DNA of 20,000 nucleotides. It comes from Malassezia furfur (lineage: Eukaryota). The stretch lies in NCBI GenBank assembly GCA_052055015.1, contig JBQJIT010000006.1, one strand, 5' to 3'. Below, piece by piece: positions 9,661 to 18,003 of the stretch (positions are counted from its first letter, which is position 1; each line of letters opens with the position of its first letter). A model generated the notes under the pieces. The model was not told the DNA's origin. It worked only from the letters and a program-made list of their open reading frames with translations, and did not search any database. A program made the position numbers and the translations under genes.

Positions 9661-10087
9661 GCCGCCAAGCCCCTGATGCCGAGACGAAGGCGGCTGATAC
9701 GCATTCTGCTCCTCGATCTTAGCATCCTCGCATCGTGTAGAATAAGAAAAGGTTGGCATTGAACAAAGGACCCATGACCGACCAGCAGCCATGGATCAAC
9801 TGAAGCAAACTATAAGAGAGGCATAAAAAGGGAGAGAACAGAAACAGAAGGCAACTTGATGAGCCCATCATTCAAGTTGTACGAGTCACAGAACGAGTCT
9901 GAAATGCCAACAATTTTGAACGTGTCAACGCTGGGTATTCGGACTCTGCACGGAGCGTGCAAAGAGAAACATCAGAAAATGGTTTGCCGTGCGGCAAGGC
10001 ACCAACACCATAAAACCCATAACAAAAGAAACCTGGAACACATCATACAAAGTCTTGCGCTTTCATAAATTGACCCCGAGCCTCTTT

Positions 10088-10501
10088 TTACAGAAGCTTG
10101 AAGTTGAGGCCGGTAAGGACACCCTCATCAAGGTCAGCAAAGTGCGAGAAGAGACCCTTCGTGGCGTCAAAGTGGCCGTAGCCGCAGCCATCGCAGTAGT
10201 CGCGAATCTTAGCCTTGACCGACTTGCCACGGTACGACAGCTCGACCTCCTGGTTGCACTGACCGTAGCCACCGTTCTGAGCGACGGCCACAATCAGATC
10301 CGAGTCCGAGGGAGTGGGACCACCGCAAGCGGGGTTGTCAAGCATGTAGCCGGCGTACCAGGTCAGCTTGCCGTTGTTGCGCTTCTCCATGCCGTTCTCA
10401 GAGGCGTGGCGCGCCTTGAGCTCGTGCGAGCGGAGAGGAGCCTCAGCAGAAACCAGGCCAGCCACGGCCAGGGCAGCAACGAAAACAGAGGTAAACTTCA
10501 T
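10088..10501 (-). CDS. Secreted RlpA-like double-psi beta-barrel (expansin/loosenin/barwin-like) protein, 137 aa
   Basis: Signal peptide MKFTSVFVAALAVAGLVSA, dibasic KR before the domain, and GKLTWYAG...ACG...IVAVA...C...SVKAKIRDYCDGCGYGHFDATKGLFSHFADLDEGVL, which is the fungal DPBB/loosenin pattern. Confidence 0.88.
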   Translation of the reverse strand: MKFTSVFVAALAVAGLVSAEAPLRSHELKARHASENGMEKRNNGKLTWYAGYMLDNPACGGPTPSDSDLIVAVAQNGGYGQCNQEVELSYRGKSVKAKIRDYCDGCGYGHFDATKGLFSHFADLDEGVLTGLNFKLL

Positions 10502-10911
10502 TTCTGTGAATATGTTCAGGTTAGTGGTTAGGTCTTGAGGATTTGAGGATAAACACGACCAGTCGTGTTTTGCGATGGGTGTGGTGAAGGTGAGGAAGGG
10601 CTCTGTGACTTGAGGAGCGGACGGGCGGTAAGGACGATATCGAGCGGCGTTTGCCCTTATTTAACCGAGCCATGGATCTTTGGATCGCACGGCAAGCGAA
10701 CGCAATTGCCGCTGCAAATGGGGACAGGGCTAGGCGTTAGAAGTTGGCTATGTAACACAGTTTTGGCCAATGGTCATGCGCGAAATGGGTGTTGGTATGA
10801 TTATGTAATGTATGTGCGTGAGATATTTGCATAGAATGTGACATGCCTCATGTGGGCTATGCCTGTCTTGCATCCAATGGCATACAGGCGTCAGTTCGGG
10901 TGTGCGTTTTC

Positions 10912-12801
10912 TCAGCCAAAGGCTGTGTTTGGAAGTGACATAGGCTCGTGCGAATCGGGCAAGGGTGTGTTGGACGATGCGAGTGTCCAACACCTCCGTA
11001 GCCCAGTGCCCATTGTCAAGCGCTCCACTGCATCGCGCCGAAGCCATTGTGCGCCACGTGCAATTGTGCCCGATGGATGGGCTGCGTCGGCCCTGGTCAA
11101 ATCGCCCAGATGCATGTCGATGAGGCAGACATGCATGTCCCACTGGAGGTGACTGAACGTGTGCTTAATGCGTCCCAGGAACCGTGCCGTTCCTGGACGC
11201 TCGGTAGTGCATTGCATATAGCCTTGTCCCCCGTTCCATGTCGGCAGCAACAAATCCCGCACATAGTCTTGTGCTTGCGATAAGACTTGGTCCTCCGCAG
11301 GCTCTTCTGTCAGATTCGATAGAACTGCTGTAGGGAATTCCCATAGGCTCGCCAGCAACCCTTTTTCGGGGCGCTGATGCACCAAAAAGAGGGTACCATC
11401 CTGATCATCTGGTAGATTGGGCTGTGCCGGTGAACTCGTGTGCAATCGGAGGATGCATACCAGCCGACCCTCAACACGCACGTTCTGCTTGATAGCCTTG
11501 CGGGGAAATTGCTGCGCGTACTTTTGTGCTACCAGGGCATCCGACGAGGGTTTCGAGGTAGTCCCTGCCGAGGGCTTCGGCCCTGGCTTGGGCGGCGGTG
11601 CCGTTCCAAACAACGTTGTCTGCTTCATCGCCTTTTTTGCAGGGCCGGCCGGCGTGCTTTTTCTGAGGCTGACCTGTTCTTTCTTCAGGTCAGTGAACTC
11701 CGGTACGGCTTCGGGTATGTCGTCGCAAAAGGTACATAGATCTTCAATGTCCGCGGGCTCAGACGGCGCAACGGGTGATACAGCATTGGCCATGCCCTCT
11801 GCAAATGCCATGCACGTTGCCTGGAGGGGGCAAGACGGACAGTCGGGCTTGGTGGGAGTGCATAGTGTACTGCCGAGCTCCATAAGCCCTTGGTTCCATT
11901 TGCCAGGGATGGCGCTCGGCTCGGGAGGACAGTCGTTGTCGTCGCAGGGGGGTGCACCCGGAGATGTGGCCGCTCGCACAACAAGGAGTCGTGCCGTCTC
12001 CCAAAGAAGATCAGTGGTTTGTTTGGTCTTGGGGTCAGCATATAGTGCGATCTGACGGCTGAGAACGCGCGCAACGTTGCCGTCCAGGATCGGAACAGCA
12101 TGGCCGAACACGATCGACGAAATGGCACCCGCCGTATAAGGGCCGACACCAGGCACTTTGCGTTGAAGGTCTTCAACGTGATCCGGGAGCATCCCCTGGA
12201 GCTCTGGGTCCTGTACGACCGACTTTGCCGCCTGGTGAATACGCGTGGCACGACTGTAGTACCCGAGCCCACGCCAAGCAGCCAGTACATCGTCCGGTGC
12301 CGCTTCGGCGAGTGCCTCAATGGTTGGCCAGCGCTCCATCCATGCTTGCCAATAGTCTCGCACGGTTTCGACGCGTGTTTGTTGAAGCATAATTTCCGAG
12401 ATCCAGACCTGGTACGCGCGTCGTTTGAGTTCTTCATGAAGGTCCATCGGTGGCTCCTTATTGTCTGTACGTGCCCGCTTTGCGCGTCGCTCGTTTACAT
12501 CGATCCACTCGCGCCGCCATGGCATGTTCCGGCTGTGCTCCTCCTTCTCGAACCAGTTCAGAAGACGGTCAAACCCCTCGGGGTGATCGAGAAGCTGTGG
12601 CCGGTGGTACTGCGCATGATGTTGGCGCAGCGGGAGCCGCGCCGGTGTCTGAGTAGCCTTGGCCTCCGACGGCGTCTGTAGGAAGGCAAAACTCTTGCTG
12701 CCCGCCTTTTTGGTGCGCGGCAGCGCGCTCGACTTGGCCATGGACGCAAGCGACACTCGCTTTTTGCTACGCGCCTCGCGTGGTTCTTCAGATTTGGTCA
12801 T
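10912..12801 (-). CDS. MUTY: A/G-specific adenine DNA glycosylase MutY/Myh1 (629 aa, intronless; the start could be a downstream Met)
   Basis: RNMPWR, AYQVWISEIMLQQTRVETV, WRGLGYYSRA, HhH VPGVGPYTAGAI, ILDGNVARV, [4Fe-4S] motif CTPTKPDCPSCPLQATC, linker DIEDLCTFC, and a NUDIX-like C-terminus QRPEKGLLASLWEFP...HTFSH. Confidence 0.95.
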   Translation of the reverse strand: MTKSEEPREARSKKRVSLASMAKSSALPRTKKAGSKSFAFLQTPSEAKATQTPARLPLRQHHAQYHRPQLLDHPEGFDRLLNWFEKEEHSRNMPWRREWIDVNERRAKRARTDNKEPPMDLHEELKRRAYQVWISEIMLQQTRVETVRDYWQAWMERWPTIEALAEAAPDDVLAAWRGLGYYSRATRIHQAAKSVVQDPELQGMLPDHVEDLQRKVPGVGPYTAGAISSIVFGHAVPILDGNVARVLSRQIALYADPKTKQTTDLLWETARLLVVRAATSPGAPPCDDNDCPPEPSAIPGKWNQGLMELGSTLCTPTKPDCPSCPLQATCMAFAEGMANAVSPVAPSEPADIEDLCTFCDDIPEAVPEFTDLKKEQVSLRKSTPAGPAKKAMKQTTLFGTAPPPKPGPKPSAGTTSKPSSDALVAQKYAQQFPRKAIKQNVRVEGRLVCILRLHTSSPAQPNLPDDQDGTLFLVHQRPEKGLLASLWEFPTAVLSNLTEEPAEDQVLSQAQDYVRDLLLPTWNGGQGYMQCTTERPGTARFLGRIKHTFSHLQWDMHVCLIDMHLGDLTRADAAHPSGTIARGAQWLRRDAVERLTMGTGLRRCWTLASSNTPLPDSHEPMSLPNTAFG

Positions 12802-12846
12802 ATTTCACGTATCGGGCGTTCCATCGGGAACGCGTCGACCAACACC

Positions 12847-15511
12847 ATGAAAAAGCGCCGGACGTCGGCGGAGACGTCGGGTCTGAGTGCGGGCTCACCG
12901 CTGGCGGGTTTCGGGCTGGCTGGGAGTCCTCTTATGCTTGGGTCAAGGAATCTGGGCATGCTTGGCACGGATGGGAGCACGAGTATGGTGCGTCAGGACG
13001 ACGAGGCGAGCAACAGTGGGCTTCTTGATCTCGACCCCATGCTGCCCATGGCCCGGCATGGGGCGCCCACGCGCCACATGAACATAGGCACGCCTGTTCT
13101 TGGGCCGCAGAGTGATGTCCAGCTCCTCCAACTGCCCCCGCTCCGGGGCAAATCCAAAAGGCCGCCGCGTCGCTCCTCCCTGGATGCGCCATGGCCGCAG
13201 CCGTCCCTCGGCGCGCCGCGCAGCGTCTCGGACACGCGTGCATCATCGGGCGAGTCGAATCACAGCGTGATTATCCACGAAGAAAGTCCTCCGACCAAGT
13301 GGCAGCAGTCGCCCGAGAAAAGTGTGCCAGATGATCCTGCGCCGGCCGCTCAAGACGCGCCCGCCGCGCGTTTGCCTGCGCGGATGCGGCGGTGGATGCA
13401 CGATGCGATGAAGCAGCACATGTACGAGACGGCCATCTTCTGGGGCCGGCATGTCGTGGCCCTCGAGCGTACGTATGCCCCTCCCGACTCACGCAGCTAC
13501 CGAGATGGTTTACAACGACGCCTACTGGCTTGCCCAGGCATACTTCCTGACGCACCAGTACGCACGCGCCGAGCAGCTGCTTACCACACCGCTGCGGTGC
13601 GGTGCGGTGGATGTGCCAGCGGAGCCCCTCGGCCGCGGCGATGCGCGGCCGGCTCCACAGACGGACGCACTGCACGATGCCCTCGCATCGACGCGCGCGC
13701 ACAGCATCCTCCCAGAGTCATTGCGCCGAAGAACAGCGCAGGAGGACGACTCCAGTGAGGACGACGCGCAGGTCGACCATCTGCTCGGCATTCAAGGCGC
13801 CCGACCCGCGCGCCATGCGGCTCCACGCGGCAAACGCGAGCGGTCCTCGTCGTTCGATGCGACGGAGGATATTTTCCAGGCAGATGCGCGTCTGCCGCCC
13901 ACCTTCCTCACGACCGATGAGGAGGTGGAGCAGGTGATCCAGGCTGGATCTGACGCACTGGCCCAGGGCCCGTGTCTGGTAAACTGGAGCACGCCCTGCC
14001 GCTATCTGGCGGCGCAGTGCCAGGTACGGCTCGGCAAGTTTTACGAGGCGCTCGAGCTCACGGGCGAGGATCATACACGGTGGACGGGCGGGGGCACACA
14101 CTCGACTAAGATGCCGGCGCGAGACGACGGCCTGAAGCTGGGGTCGTCGGTGTGTCACCTGCGCGGCCAAATTTACCTGCGGCTCGACGAGGTCGTCAAG
14201 GCAAAAGAGTCGTTTATGCTCGCGCTGAGCCTCGATGTGAAAAACTACGACAGTTTCTCGGCGCTGATCGACGGCAACCTGCTCGGCGCCGACGAGCAGT
14301 GGGACTTTGTCCAGGCACTCGAGTTTGCGTCCCAGGCGGGCGACGAGCCCGGGGCCAAGGACGATTTCGAATGGATCCGCTGGATGTACACCGCGCGGCT
14401 CTCGAAGCAGACCGCGGCGATGGCCCAGCGCGCAGCGCACGCACGGCAGTCGCTCCTAAAGCAGCACAAGATGCTCGGTGCCAGTCCCGACGTGCTCCTG
14501 AGCCTCGCCGAGGCGCTCTACGCGGGGCTCCGGTACGACGACGCTTACGCTGTGACGAGCCACATCATGAAACTCGACCCTTCCTACACGCTTTCGTTGC
14601 CCATCCACATTGCATGCATGTACTATTTGCCGCGGCTGCGTCCGGCCCTGTTTTTGCTGGCACACCAACTGACGGAGGCGGATCCGGAAAGCTGTGAGGC
14701 TTGGTACGCTGTGGGCGTCTGGTACGCAAGCGCGTCGCGCTGGGCCGAGGCGCGGCGGTACTTTAGCAAGTCCTCGCTGCTGGACCCCCGCTTTGCGCCG
14801 TCGTGGATCGCGTTCGGGCACAGCTTCTCGCTCGAGGGCGAGTCAGACCAGGCGGTCACGGCGTATTCCACCGCCGCGCGCAAGTTTCCCTTTAGCGGCC
14901 TCCCGCGCCTGTTCATCGGCATGGAACACCTGCTACAGGGCAACAAAAACCTCGCAGTGCTCTTCCTGGAAAGCAGTGCGGAGGAGCTGGGCGACGACCC
15001 GCTGTGTGCCAACGAGCGTGGCGTCGCTGCGTTTTTGGGCGGGCAGATCGACGAGGCACTCGGCTTTTTCCACGCGGCCATCCGCGCGGCCGAGGCCACA
15101 CAGCAGCCCGCGGGTGCGTGGGTGCATGTGCACCTCAATCTGGGCCTCGCGTACAATCGGCTGCACCGCAACGACGAGGCCCGCACGAGCCTGTTGCGCG
15201 TGATCGAGAGCGACCCGAGCTGTGCTACGGCGTACATCGCGCTCGGGATGTGTGCCCAGCGCGAGGGCGATTTGGCAACGGCCATCGACTGGTATCACGA
15301 GGGGCTGGGCATCGATCCGCGCGACCCAGTGGGTACGGAGCTGCTGACCATGGCGCTGGAAGCGCGCTTGGACCAGGGCTTACCCCCGGGCCTGGTGTCC
15401 CTGTCGGAGGAGAGCGACGAGGCGGGCTTGCAGGGCGTCGCGTCCAGTGGCGCACACGATGCGAGTGCCTCACATCAAGCTTCTTGGACAGGACGCAAGG
15501 CTCCTCGGTGA
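12847..15511 (+). CDS. CDC16: Anaphase-promoting complex TPR subunit Cdc16/Apc6/Cut9 (~878 aa; exons 12847-13468, 13497-15511)
   Basis: MRRWMHDAMKQHMYETAIFWG...NDAYWLAQAYF joined across a 28-nt intron (GTACGT...CTCAC GCAG). TPR signatures ALSLDVKNYDSF, AWYAVGVWY...EARRYFSKSSLLDPRFAPSWIAFGHSFSLEGESDQAVTAYSTAAR, DPLCANERGV. Confidence 0.92.
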
Positions 15512-15566
15512 TGGACGAGTCTGGGTAGAAGCTTGGGGGTATCACGAATGTGTAGCTATGAATGTA

Positions 15567-16688
15567 TTATGCAAGGTGCGCAAGGAACGCATCCAACGCC
15601 TGCTTTTCCACACCGAGCTCCTGGGCGAACGTCGCGACCCCGGCGCTTGCGTCCACTGGCGGGCCCTGCAGCGCCTGCACCAACGCCGCAAGCTTGTCCT
15701 TCGGCAGCGGAAGCGTCGGACGGCGCTTGTCAACGAGCGTCATGATGACTTGCAGCACTTTTTCGTCGTAATCAACGTCATTGCGCGTCGGCTGCCCATT
15801 GCATTCGGCCGCCGCACCTGTAGCACCGGGGAGCAGCGAAGTAAGCAGCGCATCAAAGATGCCGCTCTCTACTAGCGCCTGGGCCACGTCCGGATGCCGG
15901 ACCTTGACGCGCTTGGTCGCCGGTCCCTCTTCAAGGGGCACCGGCGGCATGTGGCTATCGCCCGAGTCCTTTGCCGTCACAGCGGTCTCAGGCATGGGCG
16001 GGCCGTCTTGCATCGGCTCCGAGGAGTCCATGGGGTCCTGAACCAGGAGCTGGTTCAGCAAGAAGGCCACCTTGCGGCGCACCACGATGCTCGAGTCCTG
16101 TAGCGCGCCCGCAAACTTGGCCCAGCCACTCGCCTCGGCAAATTGGGCGACAGCCGCCGGGTAGTGTCCGAGCAGCGACGAGATGGCATACATCGCCTTG
16201 CTCCGCAGCTCGGGCGTTGGCGCCTCGAGCAGCGATAGCAGGATAGGAAGGATACCATGCCCGAGTGCCACAACTTGAGCCTTGTCGTTGTTCTGCATTG
16301 CCGTACCCACAATCCACGCAGCATTCAGCTGGATCTGGGGTTCGTCGCTGGACTGTAGCAGCTTGAGCAACGCCGGCCACATTTGCAGCGACTCCATGTT
16401 GTTCGCATTGTCCACCTGCTCGACCAGCATCTCAAAGTTGTCGAGCGCGGTGAGGCGGTCGGATTCAGGCCGCAAGCGGTCGACCGCCACGCCCAACTCT
16501 TCTTGCATCATCTGTGCCTCGCTTTTGCCCATCAACGCTTCGTACAGCGCCGGATCTTGGAGATCGGGGCGGCGGCCCGCGGCGATATCGTCCGAGACTT
16601 GCGCAACGGACGACTGGCCATTGTCAGCCATCGGGGCATTTTGCAGGCCCCATTTGAGTAGTTCGTCTGCGTTCTTGTTGCCAGACAT
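15567..16688 (-). CDS. FES1: Hsp70 nucleotide exchange factor Fes1/HspBP1 (armadillo repeats, ~373 aa)
   Basis: ELLKWGLQN, ALDNFEMLVEQVDNANNMESLQMWPAL, AAWIVGTAMQNNDKAQ, KAMYAISSL, VRRKVAFLL. The start is placed at ATG 16688 (MSGNKNADELLKW) by homology. The longer start in the ORF track is not an ATG. Confidence 0.93.
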   Translation of the reverse strand: MSGNKNADELLKWGLQNAPMADNGQSSVAQVSDDIAAGRRPDLQDPALYEALMGKSEAQMMQEELGVAVDRLRPESDRLTALDNFEMLVEQVDNANNMESLQMWPALLKLLQSSDEPQIQLNAAWIVGTAMQNNDKAQVVALGHGILPILLSLLEAPTPELRSKAMYAISSLLGHYPAAVAQFAEASGWAKFAGALQDSSIVVRRKVAFLLNQLLVQDPMDSSEPMQDGPPMPETAVTAKDSGDSHMPPVPLEEGPATKRVKVRHPDVAQALVESGIFDALLTSLLPGATGAAAECNGQPTRNDVDYDEKVLQVIMTLVDKRRPTLPLPKDKLAALVQALQGPPVDASAGVATFAQELGVEKQALDAFLAHLA

Positions 16689-16756
16689 GATGTGCGCGCG
16701 CCGATCCGTGCGCGCCCATCTTTTTGTGTCTCCGCGCGCGCGCACCCGATGCCAGT

Positions 16757-16786
16757 CGAAAGTTCGCCCACATTCGGTGAGTTTCG
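16757..16786. promoter_or_regulatory. Putative heat shock element (gap/step type) in the FES1-microprotein divergent promoter
   Basis: cGAAagTTCgcccacaTTCggtgagtTTCg: GAA at 16758 and TTC at 16763, 16773 and 16783 (10-bp period), 70-98 bp upstream of the FES1 ATG. FES1 is a known Hsf1 target in yeasts. Confidence 0.6.
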
Positions 16787-16898
16787 TGGATTGGCATGCA
16801 CAACCACGTGGCCCTTGCAGCCGATGGCGGCCGCGCCTAAAACCAGTCAGGGCGCGGGCTCAGGCTTGCCCTAGTATTGTTTCGTACTCTTAATCAAC

Positions 16899-17210
16899 AT
16901 GGTATGTATCCGTGGTATCGTCCAGATACCGCTCGAGATTTGGATGCTAACGATGTAGGGTTCCTGTTTCTCTTCTATGAGCGGCGGCGACAAGGGCAAG
17001 AAGCTCAGCCGCACCGACACCAACCGTGGCAACGAGCTGCACCGCACCACGTCCTCCTACCAGGGCTCGGTGGCCGACGGCATGCGCTACTCGGATAACG
17101 CGACGTCCTCAGTCGACCGTGACCGTCTGACGGCGTCGCAGGTGCACAAGTCGAGGACGCTCGAGGAGCGTATCCGGCAGGCGGAGCGCGAGAACCGCAC
17201 CCGTGCCTAA
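16899..17210 (+). CDS. 84-aa microprotein with predicted N-myristoylation/S-palmitoylation start MGSCFSS (exon 1 coding part = ATG 16899-16901; exon 2 16959-17210)
   Basis: ATG followed directly by a GTATGT donor, a GCTAAC branch point and a TAG acceptor at 16958 (57-nt intron). The spliced frame reads M-GSCFSS and joins ORF 16977..17210 in frame. Confidence 0.75.
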
Positions 17211-18003
17211 GACTAGCACTTATCTGCCCTGTCAATGAGTCCGACCGTGCGTCTGTTGTCGATATATGATTTAATGCGGATATAACGCGGCGGATTTGTT
17301 CGGTCGGAGACCACGCGTAGGTGTAACCACCGGCTTGGTAGTGTCTCATAATCGGCTGGTGCCTGTTTGATAGTAACGTAATATCCTACGGGCTCCACAC
17401 GCACCGGGCATGGTGTACGATGACGTACATGTTAAGCTTGGCAGATACGGGGATCCTACACCATGTATGTAAACTTTGCGCCACACTGCCTTGGGTGGAG
17501 ACAGAGTGCCGCACCGCGGCCGAATTGACTCAGCACGTGGCCCACGTCCGCCCGATAATCATCGACACGCGCTGCAAGGTCCAATGAGTGTGGAGAAAAG
17601 GGCAGGTCCACGGGGCTTTCATATCTGCTATCTCATAGGCTGCACGAATCAGCGCAAGCAAAACGAAAGAAACGTGGTTCTTGTCAAGTATTGATATCAC
17701 TGCCGCCTTCTTATCGTGGCAAGGGCAGAGCTAAAACTTGGGGATTAGCGGTATATTCGCGCCTATCCTGACTGACCCTCTCGTTTCTCGTAAGAAGCCT
17801 GTAGCACGTCTTCGGAGTCGGTGTTTTTTTTTGTCCTTTGCCCTGTCTTCCAAGTGCTGCTCTTCACGCGATCTTGTTCCACCGCGCAGAGACGTGAGCC
17901 AAACAAAAAATCTTGGGTCAAAAATTTGCCGCCATTCTTTGTGTACGATAACGGCCTTGTCCCTACCGCGATCGTGCCGGTGATCCGCCCTTCTTCGTGA
18001 CAG

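Noticed and set aside
9857..10050. Possible C/D box snoRNA (TGATGA/CTGA on +, ATGATGT...CTGA on -)
   Set aside because: Box spacing or sequence is imperfect, and I could not identify an rRNA-complementary guide or terminal stem.
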